Of a stretch of DNA of 64,000 nucleotides, positions 1-9,547 are shown piece by piece (position 1 is the first letter of the stretch; each line of letters begins with the position of its first letter). Made by a program: the position numbers and the translations under genes. Location of the stretch: NCBI GenBank assembly GCA_046292385.1, contig JBKBRF010000001.1:127305-191304 (forward strand), written 5' to 3'. Under the pieces are notes generated by a model. It was not told the DNA's origin. It worked only from the letters and a program-made list of their open reading frames with translations, and did no database searches. This DNA comes from Armatimonadota bacterium (GTDB taxonomy: Bacteria > Armatimonadota > SYMT01).

Positions 1-692
1 CGAGTCCGCTCGAGCGAGACCCCCCAGGCATCCGCGGCGGCGAGCAGCGCCAGCACCGTCAGTGCGGAGGATGAGCTGAGGCCGCCCCCTTGAGGGATGT
101 CGCTATGGAGCGTGAGCCGCAGGCCGCGAGGGGCGGGGAGCCGGCTGTTCTGGAGCAGTCGCAGAATCCCGCCGCGAAGATAGTTCTGCGCGCCCCTACG
201 ACCGTGCGCCCGACCCGTGGGGTCGCGGTAATCGTCCACGGTGCGGAGTACCGGCTCCGCCTCGATGTAGGACGGCCAGGCGTCGTCCCACTCGCGCTCA
301 GCCCGTCCGCGCTCCTCCGCCAGCGAGAAGTGGAGCAGGGGAGCCGCCGCCGGATCCGTGTTCGTTATGGCAACCAGGTCATCGTCCGCTGGCGAGGCGA
401 CCATGAAGAGCTCTCTCGCGTGAAGCCCGTACGGGACCCAGGCGCCCTGGTGATCCGCATGCGGATTGAGCGAAATTCGGCAGGGTGCCCGGTAGAGACG
501 GCACGGTAGGTCGCCGAAACTCTCCTTGAAGCGCTCGACGGCCTGGATGGCGGCGTCGGCTCGCTCTCGGCAGAGGCCCTCATCGGGACCGTACCACTCG
601 ATCAGGTCCTGCAGAGAAGCAGGATGACGCAGCCGAGCCAGGAGCTCGCTCGCAGCACGATCCGGGCCGGTGGAAACAGAGACAGCGGACAT
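1..692 (-). CDS. GHMP-family sugar kinase, galactokinase-like (runs off the left edge; absent from the ORF track)
   Basis: Manual translation from ATG at 692 (GGAG upstream): MSAVSVSTGPDRAASELLARL...YRAPCRISLNPHADHQGAWV...NYLRGGILRL...LTLHSDIPQGGGLSSSSALTV. The frame is open to the edge and carries the GHMP ATP loop PxGxGLSSS. Confidence 0.85.
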   Translation of the reverse strand, partial: MSAVSVSTGPDRAASELLARLRHPASLQDLIEWYGPDEGLCRERADAAIQAVERFKESFGDLPCRLYRAPCRISLNPHADHQGAWVPYGLHARELFMVASPADDDLVAITNTDPAAAPLLHFSLAEERGRAEREWDDAWPSYIEAEPVLRTVDDYRDPTGRAHGRRGAQNYLRGGILRLLQNSRLPAPRGLRLTLHSDIPQGGGLSSSSALTVLALLAAADAWGVSLERT

Positions 693-768
693 CGTGGCTC
701 CGTGGGTCGTCGTTCGAGGTGAGGGTTAGGGTGCCCGCGGAGGCGGGCGGCAATGTGGTGGAGAGGGC

Positions 769-797
769 TTCGCTTCCGAGCAAGATTGCGCTACAAT
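769..797 (+). promoter_or_regulatory. Putative sigma70-type promoter for the locus
   Basis: TTCGCT-17 bp-TACAAT. A similar arrangement occurs at 26876-26904. Confidence 0.4.
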
Positions 798-1198
798 AGG
801 CGCTGGGTGAGGAAGGATCCACTCGACTGCTGAGGTAACAACGGGTAGGTGTTCAGCCTGACGCCACTCTCCTCCTGTCAGGTAGAGCCATGACTTCGCT
901 GCCTTCCGACCGGATCGCGCTTCCGCTGAAACCCAGCGGCCGGCACGTTCTGAACAGAACGAAGGCCTTGCGCCGTGGGATGGTTCCAGCGAACCTCCCG
1001 CACCGGTTTAGGAGCCACTCTGCTCTCGGTTTGGAACCGAGAGTGCTACGCAATGTACCAGCGGGCTCGTGCGGTCAGGTCTCCGGTTATCGGAGCGCGA
1101 CCTTCTCCCCGGCCGAGCGAGTTGGCTAGCTATTCCTTTCTGTCACCGCCCCACGTTCGACCCGAGCGGTCCTGCGTCCGGGTGGTATTCGAGGACGT

Positions 1199-2497
1199 AT
1201 GATGGACGCGCTCGCTGAAAAGATTCAGAGCCGCTCGGCCTGTATTGCGGTGATCGGACAGGGCTACGTGGGGCTGCCGCTCTCCACAGCATTTTCGCAG
1301 CAGGGCTTTCGCGTCCTGGGGGTTGAAGCGGACCCGGCCAAGATCGCCGCTCTCAATGCCGGCCGCTCTTATATTCCCGACATTCCGGAAGAGATGCTGC
1401 GGGAAGCGCTGGCATGCGGGTACGAGGCGACTGGCGACGCCACGCGCCTCCGGGAGGCGGATGCGATCCTGATCACGGTGCCGACCCCGTACACCAAGAC
1501 CAAGCAGCCGGACATGACCTACGTGCACCAGGCGGCAGAGGCCGTAGCGTCGCAGCTTCGACCGGGGCAGTTGATCATTCTGGAGAGCACTACCTACCCC
1601 GGCACCACGGAAGAGCTGCTGCTTCCGGCGCTGGAGAAGAATGGGCTCAAGGGCGGGATCGATTTCGAAGTAGCCTACTCTCCCGAGCGGATCGATCCGG
1701 GAAACCCCACCTACAACCTGTACAACACGCCGAAGGTGGTGGGCGGTCTCACAGACCGCGCAGCCAAACTGGCGGTTGCACTGTACGCTACAGTTGTAAA
1801 GGAAGTGGTACCCGTTACCTCCGCGGCGGCGGCCGAGATGGCGAAGCTGCTGGAGAACACCTTCCGGCACGTCAACATCGCGCTCGCGAACGAGATGGCG
1901 CTCCTGTGCCACCGGATGAACATCAACGTCTGGGAAGTGATCCGCGCCGCGGGGACGAAGCCGTTTGGCTTTACGACGTTCTATCCGGGGCCCGGCGTAG
2001 GAGGTCACTGCATCCCGATCGATCCGTACTACCTGGTGTGGAAAGCCCATGAACAGGAGACGGTGGCGCATCTGGTGGAAGTCGCCGGACAGATCAACGA
2101 GCGGATGCCGGATCACGTGGTGGAGCGGGTCGTCGATCTGCTCAACGACCGCGGGCGCAGTCTCCGTGGCAGCCACGTACTGCTCCTGGGCGTGAGCTAC
2201 AAGAAGGACATTCCGGACCTGCGAGAGTCTCCGGCGCTCCGGGTGCTGGAAAAGCTCCATCAGAAAGGCGCGCGGATCTCCTATCACGATCCGCACGTGC
2301 CGAGCCTGCCGTGGCATTTCGGAGCCCTGGAGTCCGTAGGGCTGACCGCCGAGAGCCTGGGGAGCGCGGATTGCGTAATCCTGCTTACGGATCATTCTAC
2401 GCTCGACAAGGAGCTTGTCGCACGGCATGCTCCGGTGGTGCTCGACACCCGCAACGCGCTGTGCCGCTTCGCCGGCGAGAACGTGGTGCCGCTCTAG
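1199..2497 (+). CDS. wbpA: UDP-N-acetylglucosamine 6-dehydrogenase (WbpA-like)
   Basis: GQGYVGLP, ESTTYPGTTEE, YSPERIDPGN, KLLENTFRHVNIAL, GPGVGGHCIPIDP, YKKDIPDLRESP motifs. Confidence 0.9.
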   Translation: MMDALAEKIQSRSACIAVIGQGYVGLPLSTAFSQQGFRVLGVEADPAKIAALNAGRSYIPDIPEEMLREALACGYEATGDATRLREADAILITVPTPYTKTKQPDMTYVHQAAEAVASQLRPGQLIILESTTYPGTTEELLLPALEKNGLKGGIDFEVAYSPERIDPGNPTYNLYNTPKVVGGLTDRAAKLAVALYATVVKEVVPVTSAAAAEMAKLLENTFRHVNIALANEMALLCHRMNINVWEVIRAAGTKPFGFTTFYPGPGVGGHCIPIDPYYLVWKAHEQETVAHLVEVAGQINERMPDHVVERVVDLLNDRGRSLRGSHVLLLGVSYKKDIPDLRESPALRVLEKLHQKGARISYHDPHVPSLPWHFGALESVGLTAESLGSADCVILLTDHSTLDKELVARHAPVVLDTRNALCRFAGENVVPL

Positions 2498-2563
2498 TCG
2501 GGATCGGGAGCGCGACGATGAACCTAGCTGTGCGTCGCGCGAAGATGGAGTGAGCAGTCTCTT

Positions 2564-4765
2564 ATGAGCTTACAAACGGCAACGGAAGCGCTCAGCCCCC
2601 AAACCGAAGAGATCAACATTCGCCAGATCCTGGACATCATCCGGAGGCGGCGGGCGATCTTCCTTCAGGTTTTCATTGTGGTGCTGGCGGCGGGCGTAGT
2701 GGCGTCGCTGCTGCAGAAGCCGCTGTACCAGACCGAGGGCGAGCTGATCATCCCGCAGGGGTCACAATCGATCAACGTCGTCGATCCCAAGGACCCGCTC
2801 TCCTACGTTCTGAGCGCCGGGGCCAGCGACCCGCTCTCTACGCAGATCCGGGAGATGAGCAGCACCGGCTTTCTGGAGAGTGCCCGGAAGCAGGCGGGGG
2901 TCTCGGGGCGATCCGATATCCAGGCCCCGTCCGTCAAGATCGAGGCCGACGGCCCGCAGTCAAACATCGTGGGGGTCACGGTTACCGGGGGGGATCCGAA
3001 GGAGATCACCCGCCTGTGCGAGGCGATTCTCACCCTGTTCCCGAAGTGGATGGAACAGCATCAGACCAAGGAAGTGGCCGCCGCCTTAGACTTCGTCGAG
3101 ACGCAGTATAAGGAAACCGAAGCGAAGCTGCGGGCGGCCGAGACGTCGCTGGCAAGTTTCCGGCGGGAAAAGCAGATCGCCAGCCTGGAGCTGGAGGCTG
3201 CGGCGCGGCAGCGCGAATACAGCGATCTCCAGGCGACGATGCGGGGCGCCCAGATGAACGCCACTGCCACCCGCGCCCAGATTGACGAGCTGAAGGCGAT
3301 TCTGCAGAGTGAGCCGACACAGCTCCTGGAAGTGACGACCCGGGACAACCCGAGGTACGCGGACCTCCAGAGGCAGCAGAGCGAGCTCCAGCAGCGGCTG
3401 AGCGAACAGCTCGCGCTCTACAAGCCTGGCTCCCGACAGATTACGGACCTCCAGAAGCAGCTCGACTACGTTGCCGCGCAGCTCGAAAGTGAGCCGCGGG
3501 AGCTCGAGACGACGGTCCGCGCACCGAACGCCTCCCGCTCTACGATCCAGGCTCAGATCACCGATCTCCAGGCCAAGCTGCAGAGCTACCGGGCAGAGGC
3601 GAACCTGGCACGGTCCCGCTTCGAGCAGCGACAGGGCGAGCTCGAGGGCAGCGGCGCCTGGGAAGTCCAACTCAACCGGCTGACGCAGGACCGCGACCGG
3701 CTGCAGAGCCAGTTCAATATGCTCTCTGAGCGGCGACAGACGCTGCAGATCCGGAAGAACGCCCTCGCTCCCGTTGGGCGTCCGCTCAGCCAGCCAAGCG
3801 AGCCAAACTCTCCCATCAGCCCGAACCGTAAGGCCGACATCGCCATGACGTTAGTGCTGGCGCTGTTGCTGGCAGGCGGCGTCGTGATGCTGCAGGAATG
3901 GCTGGATGACCGCATCAACTCCCCGGAGGACCTGGAGCGCGTCACGCCACTGCCGGCCCTGGGGCACGTGCCGCTGCTTGGCTCCAACGACCCGGTGGCG
4001 GTTCACGCCCACCGCGCCAACTCCCAGTTTGCGGAAGCATACCGCCTACTCCGGTCCAACGTCGGCTTCGCGAGTATCGACGCGCCGCTCAGCCGCCTCC
4101 AGGTCACCAGCGCCTCAAAGGGCGAAGGTAAGACCGTGACCGCCGCCAACCTCGCCACTGCCCTGGCCATGGACGGCAAGCGGGTGATCCTGATGGACGC
4201 GGACCTGCGCCGGCCGGCGGTGCACCGGGTGTTCAATCTCCCCAACACGCCGGGGTTGACGGAGGCGCTTACCGGGACTAAGTCCGTTCAGGAAGTGATC
4301 CGGCCGACCGAGATTGAGAACCTCCGGGTGGTCACCTCTGGCGCGATCCCGCCCAACCCTGCAGAGCTCCTCGGCTCCGCGGCGTTCGACAGTGTTCTGG
4401 AGCGGCTGGAAGCGGAAGCTGACATCGTGGTGGTTGATAGCCCGCCCTGCATGCCGGTGACCGATCCGCTGATCCTGGCCGGGCGGATGGACGGCGTGCT
4501 GCTGGTGCTGCGCGTGGGCCAGACTCGCCGCGGGGCCATCCGCCACGTTAGCGACCTGCTCCACCGGGCGCACGCGCGCATCCTGGGGGTGGTCTACAAC
4601 CGGATCTCCACGGAGCGCGGTAGCTCTTACTATTATCAGAACTACTACTACTACCACGGTGACGACTACTACGGCGACGACGACACGGGTCATCGTCGCA
4701 ACGGCAAGCGACGCAAGCGCAGCCTTCCGAATCGGGAGAGTGAACTGGCTCGACGCGACGATTGA
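2564..4765 (+). CDS. wzc: Polysaccharide co-polymerase / BY tyrosine autokinase (PCP-2a, Wzc)
   Basis: Two TM segments around a long coiled coil; Walker A SASKGEGKT; DADLRRP; IVVVDSPP; C-terminal Tyr cluster SYYYQNYYYYHGDDYYG. Confidence 0.93.
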   Translation: MSLQTATEALSPQTEEINIRQILDIIRRRRAIFLQVFIVVLAAGVVASLLQKPLYQTEGELIIPQGSQSINVVDPKDPLSYVLSAGASDPLSTQIREMSSTGFLESARKQAGVSGRSDIQAPSVKIEADGPQSNIVGVTVTGGDPKEITRLCEAILTLFPKWMEQHQTKEVAAALDFVETQYKETEAKLRAAETSLASFRREKQIASLELEAAARQREYSDLQATMRGAQMNATATRAQIDELKAILQSEPTQLLEVTTRDNPRYADLQRQQSELQQRLSEQLALYKPGSRQITDLQKQLDYVAAQLESEPRELETTVRAPNASRSTIQAQITDLQAKLQSYRAEANLARSRFEQRQGELEGSGAWEVQLNRLTQDRDRLQSQFNMLSERRQTLQIRKNALAPVGRPLSQPSEPNSPISPNRKADIAMTLVLALLLAGGVVMLQEWLDDRINSPEDLERVTPLPALGHVPLLGSNDPVAVHAHRANSQFAEAYRLLRSNVGFASIDAPLSRLQVTSASKGEGKTVTAANLATALAMDGKRVILMDADLRRPAVHRVFNLPNTPGLTEALTGTKSVQEVIRPTEIENLRVVTSGAIPPNPAELLGSAAFDSVLERLEAEADIVVVDSPPCMPVTDPLILAGRMDGVLLVLRVGQTRRGAIRHVSDLLHRAHARILGVVYNRISTERGSSYYYQNYYYYHGDDYYGDDDTGHRRNGKRRKRSLPNRESELARRDD

Positions 4766-4808
4766 CGTGCTATCGAAGCTCTCTGACCAGTCACGGAGGA
4801 AACCCGCC

Positions 4809-6299
4809 ATGCGTAACTCACTCCATCGTGCCATCCTCGCCCTCGCGGCAGGATGCCTCACAACGACGCTCATGCTGGGAGGCGCAGCGCCTGCCTGGGC
4901 GCTCCAGGACCCTGGCAAGCCCGCGCCGACCACCGATAGCGGCACGTCCACTTACCGCATTCAGGTGCGGGACGAGCTGTCCGTCTCGGTCACGCCGCAG
5001 AAGGAGTACGACTGCGACGGCGTCGTTCTGGATGACGGCATGCTCACGCTGAAGAACATCGGCCGCGTGAAGGCCGCCGGCCTGACGCTGGATGAGCTTC
5101 AGAAGGAGATCACCAAGCTGCTGGAAGCGGAGTTGGTGGATCCGCGGGTGATCGTCGCGATCAGCAAGGTGGCGCCGGAGATCTCCCAGGGCCGCGTCAC
5201 GGTAACCGGCGGAGTCGAGCGTGGCGGCTTGGTGGAGCTGCAGCCGGGAATGCGGCTGCGCAAGGCGATCGATCTGGTCGGCGGCCCCTCTCGCGATGCC
5301 GACCTCAGCAAGGTCGTGGTGATCCACAAGGACCTGACCCGCACCGTCGTGGACCTCTCCGCCCCCGATGCGGTGGTCATGGAAGCCCACAACGTGCTGC
5401 TGCGGGACGGTGACTCTGTGGAAGTGCCGACGCTCGCCCCGCGCGGACGCGCGACGATTATCGGTGCCGTGGAGCGCGGCGGCCCGTTGGAGCTGGAGCC
5501 GGGCCTGCGCCTCTGGAAGGCGATCGCCCTCTCCGGCGGCCCCTCTCGCGAGGCGGATCTCTCGAAGGTCCGGGTGGTGCACAAGGACCAGACGGTTACC
5601 CTCGTCAATCTCTCCGGTGACCCTGCCGCACTCCAGGATCGGGACAACCTGCTGCTGAAGGATGGCGATTCCGTAGAGGTGCCGCTCCGCTTCGAGTCCG
5701 GGGTCGTGGCGATTACCGGCGCCGTAGGTACTCCCGGCACCTACGACCTGAAGCCCGGCGCCACGCTCCAGGACCTGGCGCAGCAGGGCGGCAAGTTCGC
5801 CAGCACGGCCGACCTCTCCGCGATTGAGATCAAGCGGGCCGACGGGAAGGTCCTGAAGGTGAACCTCCTCGACCCCGTCAAGGGCCCCGAGGCGCTTCGG
5901 ACGCCGCTGGCGCCTGGGGACGAGGTTTCGGTCCCGCAAGTCAAGGATAAGGTGCTGGTGGTTGGCCCGATTCAGCAGCCCGGCTACCGCCCGCTCAAGG
6001 AAGGTCAGACGATCCGGGAGTTCCTGAACGATCCGGACTCTGGTGCCTATGAGCTGTACGACAAGTCCCGGGTGAACTACAAGAACGTCCGTATCCTTCG
6101 GCCCGGGGAGGACGAGGCGATCAAGATCAACCTGAACGACGCCATCAACAAGAAGCAGTCGAAGCACAACATCGAGCTGAAGAGCGGCGATACGCTGCTC
6201 TTCGAGCCGCGGGATCCTGGCGAGGGACGGCCGGGCGGAGTGCTGGGAATGCTCCAGTATCTGAGCCCGCTCAGCTGGCTGCTCCCGCGTTTCTTCTAA
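4809..6299 (+). CDS. wza: Polysaccharide export protein (Wza/OPX type, Poly_export plus about 4 SLBB domains)
   Basis: Start re-called at ATG 4809 behind GGAGGA. Signal peptide; YRIQVRDELSV...GRVKAAGLTLDELQKEI; repeated GAV..G...L.DGD SLBB units; C-terminal amphipathic helix. Confidence 0.85.
   Translation: MRNSLHRAILALAAGCLTTTLMLGGAAPAWALQDPGKPAPTTDSGTSTYRIQVRDELSVSVTPQKEYDCDGVVLDDGMLTLKNIGRVKAAGLTLDELQKEITKLLEAELVDPRVIVAISKVAPEISQGRVTVTGGVERGGLVELQPGMRLRKAIDLVGGPSRDADLSKVVVIHKDLTRTVVDLSAPDAVVMEAHNVLLRDGDSVEVPTLAPRGRATIIGAVERGGPLELEPGLRLWKAIALSGGPSREADLSKVRVVHKDQTVTLVNLSGDPAALQDRDNLLLKDGDSVEVPLRFESGVVAITGAVGTPGTYDLKPGATLQDLAQQGGKFASTADLSAIEIKRADGKVLKVNLLDPVKGPEALRTPLAPGDEVSVPQVKDKVLVVGPIQQPGYRPLKEGQTIREFLNDPDSGAYELYDKSRVNYKNVRILRPGEDEAIKINLNDAINKKQSKHNIELKSGDTLLFEPRDPGEGRPGGVLGMLQYLSPLSWLLPRFF
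5190..5690 (+). repeat. Tandem internal duplication (about 255-bp period) encoding two closely related SLBB domains
   Basis: GGVERGGLVELQPGMRLRKAIDLVGGPSRDADLSKVVVIHKD vs GAVERGGPLELEPGLRLWKAIALSGGPSREADLSKVRVVHKD; shared DNA ggcggcccctctcgcga. Confidence 0.85.
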
Positions 6300-6304
6300 G
6301 CCCC

Positions 6305-6342
6305 GCAGGTGCGGCCGAAGCACCGGCCGCACCTGCCTTCTT
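6305..6342 (+). terminator. Strong hairpin after wza (intrinsic terminator or mRNA-stabilising stem)
   Basis: Perfect 13-bp stem gcaggtgcggccg-aagcac-cggccgcacctgc followed by cttctt. Confidence 0.6.
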
Positions 6343-6366
6343 AACTCGACCGCACCCGCCTTCTGC

Positions 6367-7260
6367 GTGGAGAGCAGTTACCTCGTGTCTGCCGTAACAG
6401 AAACTCAAACGAACCTTCCGGTGGAGTTACCGCCGGCGGCCGGTACCGTCATCGAGATTGAGCCATCCCACGGGTGGGTCGACTTAAAGCTGCGGGAACT
6501 GTGGCAATACCGAGAGCTCTTGTTCTTTCTCACGTGGAGAGACGTCAAGGTCCGGTACAAGCAGACTGCGCTGGGGGCAGCGTGGGCCATTCTCCAGCCG
6601 TTCATGACGATGGTGGTCTTCAGCCTCTTCTTCGGCAAGCTCGCCAAGATGCCGTCTGATGGGGTCCCGTACCCGATCTTTAGCTACGTCGGACTGGTTC
6701 CCTGGACCTTTTTTGCGGCGGGGCTCACCAATACTTCGAACAGCCTGGTCGGCAGCTCCAACCTGATCAAGAAGGTCTATTTCCCGAGGCTGGCTATCCC
6801 GATCAGCACGATCTTCTCCGGCCTGGTTGATTTCTTCCTTGCGTTCGTGGTCTTGTTGGGGATGATGGGCTTCTTCCGCGTCTGGCCCACGCCGAAGCTC
6901 CTATTCCTGCCCCTCTTTTTGCTGCTCGCCATCTCTACCTCCCTCGGCGTGGGTCTGTGGCTCTCTGCGTTGAACGTTCGCTATCGCGACGTCAAGTACA
7001 TCGTGCCGTTCCTTACGCAGTTCTGGATGATTGCCTCGCCGATCGCCTACTCCAGCAGCCTGGTTCCGGAGAAGTGGCGCCTGCTCTACGCCCTCAACCC
7101 GATGGCGGGTGTGATTGAGGGCTTCCGGTGGGCGATGCTCGACACGCAGTTTGCCCCGGGGCCGGTGGTCGCGGTGTCCACCCTGGTGGCTCTCATCCTC
7201 CTCCTGAGTGGAGCTCTGTACTTCCGCCGAATGGAGCGCACCTTTGCAGACGTCGTTTAG
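6367..7260 (+). CDS. wzm: ABC-2 polysaccharide exporter permease
   Basis: ELWQYRELL..LTWRDVKVRYKQTALGAAWAILQP, NLIKKVYFPR, LNPMAGVIEGFR; about 6 TM. Start could be GTG 6385. Confidence 0.93.
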   Translation: MESSYLVSAVTETQTNLPVELPPAAGTVIEIEPSHGWVDLKLRELWQYRELLFFLTWRDVKVRYKQTALGAAWAILQPFMTMVVFSLFFGKLAKMPSDGVPYPIFSYVGLVPWTFFAAGLTNTSNSLVGSSNLIKKVYFPRLAIPISTIFSGLVDFFLAFVVLLGMMGFFRVWPTPKLLFLPLFLLLAISTSLGVGLWLSALNVRYRDVKYIVPFLTQFWMIASPIAYSSSLVPEKWRLLYALNPMAGVIEGFRWAMLDTQFAPGPVVAVSTLVALILLLSGALYFRRMERTFADVV

Positions 7261-8272
7261 GCAAGATGGCTCCCGCTGCCTGGTGATCGGAGAGATTGCG
7301 CAGGCGCACGACGGCAGCCTGGGACTGGCTCACGCCTATATCGACGCCGTGGCCGACGCCGGCGCCGACGCCGTCAAGTTTCAGACGCACATCGCCGCCG
7401 CGGAGTCGACTCCGGGCGAGCCCTGGCGGGTAAAGTTCAGCCGGCAGGATGCCACGCGCTACGACTACTGGAAGCGCATGGAGTTTACCGAAGAGCAGTG
7501 GCACGGCCTTCGTGACCATGCGGAGGCACGCGGGCTGCTCTTCCTGAGCTCCCCGTTCTCCCTCGAAGCGGTCGATCTGCTGACCCGGGTAGGGGTGGCG
7601 GCGTGGAAGGTAGCCTCCGGCGAGGTGACCAACCCGCAGATGTTCGAGCGGATGGCGCGTACCGGTCTGCCGATGCTGGTCTCCACCGGCATGAGCACCC
7701 TGGCGGAGATCGATGACGCGGTTGCCCGGATTGCCGCCCGCGACCTTCCGCTGACGGTGCTGCAGTGCACCTCCGCCTATCCGTGCCCCCCGGAGAAGGT
7801 GGGGCTCAACCTGATCCCGTTCTTCCGCGAGCGCTACCGCTGCGGAGTGGGCCTGTCGGACCACTCCGGTACGATCTATCCGGGCCTGGCCGCCGCCGCG
7901 ACGGGAGTGGACGTGCTGGAAGTGCACGTGACGATGAGCCGCGAGATGTTCGGCCCCGACGTCCCCGCCTCCGTCACCAGCGCCGAGCTGAAGATGCTGG
8001 TGGAGGGGATCCGCTTCATCGAGACGATGCGGTCGAACCCGGTAGACAAAGAGGCGATGGCCGCGGAGATGGCGCCGCTGCGCAGCCTCTTCACGAAGAG
8101 CCTGGTGGCCCGCTGCGACCTCGTCGCGGGCACTCAGCTTCGCGAAGAGCACCTGACTGCCAAGAAACCGGGAACGGGTATTCCAGCCGCCCGCCTGCCC
8201 GAAATCCTGAACCGTCGGCTGAAGCGAGACGTTCCGGCCGATACGCTGATCACAGAGGAAGACTTTGAGTAA
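7244..8272 (+). CDS. neuB: Nonulosonic acid synthase (NeuB family) with C-terminal SAF domain
   Basis: IGEIAQAHDG, DAVKFQ, LQCTSAYP, GLSDHS, KKPGTGIP. Probable TTG start at 7244 behind GGAG, overlapping the wzm end; the ORF is open from 7208. Confidence 0.9.
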   Translation: MQTSFRQDGSRCLVIGEIAQAHDGSLGLAHAYIDAVADAGADAVKFQTHIAAAESTPGEPWRVKFSRQDATRYDYWKRMEFTEEQWHGLRDHAEARGLLFLSSPFSLEAVDLLTRVGVAAWKVASGEVTNPQMFERMARTGLPMLVSTGMSTLAEIDDAVARIAARDLPLTVLQCTSAYPCPPEKVGLNLIPFFRERYRCGVGLSDHSGTIYPGLAAAATGVDVLEVHVTMSREMFGPDVPASVTSAELKMLVEGIRFIETMRSNPVDKEAMAAEMAPLRSLFTKSLVARCDLVAGTQLREEHLTAKKPGTGIPAARLPEILNRRLKRDVPADTLITEEDFE

Positions 8273-9497
8273 CACGCTTCCCAGAAAAGTGTGCGTGGTC
8301 CTGGTGGACCGGGCGAACTACGGTCGCCTGAAGCCGGTGATGCGCGCGATCGACGAGCACGAGGCCCTGGAGCTGCAGGTGCTCGCTGCCGGCACCATGG
8401 TGCTGGAGCGGTTCGACCAGCCGGTCCAGGTAGTGCGGCATGACGGCTTCCGGGTTGACGGCGAGATCTACATCGAGCTGGAAGGCTCCACCCCGGCCAC
8501 CATGGCGAAGTCGGTCGGCTTCGGAGTGGTGGAGTTCGCCAGTGAATTCCAGCGTCTCCGGCCGGACGTGGTGCTCCTCATCGGCGACCGCTACGAGGCA
8601 CTCGCCGCCGCCATCGCGGCCGCGTACATGAACCTGCCTCTGGTCCACGTGCAGGGCGGCGAGGTTTCCGGGTCGATCGATGAGAGCGCCCGCCACGCCA
8701 TCACCAAGTTCGCGCAGTTCCACTTCCCCAGCACCCGCCGATCCGCGGAGTACATCCTCCGGATGGGCGAGAAGCCGGAGAGCATTCTTGGCACGGGCTG
8801 CCCCAGCAGCGACATTGCCCGGCTGCTGGACCGGACGCTGCCGTCGGAGATCATCAACTCCCGGGGCAGCGGCGCAGAGATCGACGTGACCCAGCCGTTC
8901 AGCCTGGTGATCTTCCATCCCACCACCACCGAGTTCGGTGGGGAGCGGCGGCAGATGGAAGAGCTGCTCGCGGCGCTCGACCAGCTCGCCACGCCGACGG
9001 TGCTGCTCTGGCCGAATATCGACGCGGGCTCCGACCACGTCAGCAAGGCGATCCGCTCGTTCCGGGAGCGATCCCGGCCGGATTGGCTTCGCACCCTCAT
9101 CAATCTGCCGCCGGAGGAGTACCTGCGGGTGCTGGCGAACGCCGCCTGCGCCATCGGCAACTCCAGCAGCTTCGTGCGGGACGCGAGCTACTTCGGCACC
9201 CCGGTGGTGCTGGTGGGGCGCCGCCAGGAGGGCCGCGAGACGGATGTCCACGCCGTGCGCGTACCTGCGGAGGCGGGGGCGATCGAGGCTGCCGTGCGGG
9301 CGCACCTGGCCCACGGCCGCTACGCGCCGAGTACTCTCTACGGCGACGGGTACGTTTCCGAGCGGATCGCGGAAGCGCTGGCCGGGCTCACGCCGTACAT
9401 CCAGAAGCGTCTCCACTACATCTTCGACGCCGGCGGTGCCGAGCATACGCTCAACGGCGCCGGCGGCACCCGTGCGGAGTCTCTGCTCCACGCGTAA
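8265..9497 (+). CDS. neuC: Hydrolysing UDP-N-acetylhexosamine 2-epimerase (NeuC family)
   Basis: GDRYEAL, HVQGGEVSGSIDESARHAITK, FHPTT, WPNIDAG, GNSSS, RQEGRE, YGDG. Confidence 0.9.
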   Translation: MSNTLPRKVCVVLVDRANYGRLKPVMRAIDEHEALELQVLAAGTMVLERFDQPVQVVRHDGFRVDGEIYIELEGSTPATMAKSVGFGVVEFASEFQRLRPDVVLLIGDRYEALAAAIAAAYMNLPLVHVQGGEVSGSIDESARHAITKFAQFHFPSTRRSAEYILRMGEKPESILGTGCPSSDIARLLDRTLPSEIINSRGSGAEIDVTQPFSLVIFHPTTTEFGGERRQMEELLAALDQLATPTVLLWPNIDAGSDHVSKAIRSFRERSRPDWLRTLINLPPEEYLRVLANAACAIGNSSSFVRDASYFGTPVVLVGRRQEGRETDVHAVRVPAEAGAIEAAVRAHLAHGRYAPSTLYGDGYVSERIAEALAGLTPYIQKRLHYIFDAGGAEHTLNGAGGTRAESLLHA

Positions 9498-9547
9498 CCT
9501 CCCGCCCGAGATCGCTCCTCGCTCCCACGCTGCGTCCTGGCTTCCCC

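Noticed and set aside
90..509. + strand 139-aa ORF in the track
   Set aside because: Shadow of the minus-strand GHMP kinase, which carries clear motifs.
4630..4685. tac/gac trinucleotide runs
   Set aside because: They encode the normal Wzc tyrosine cluster and acidic tail, not a contingency repeat.
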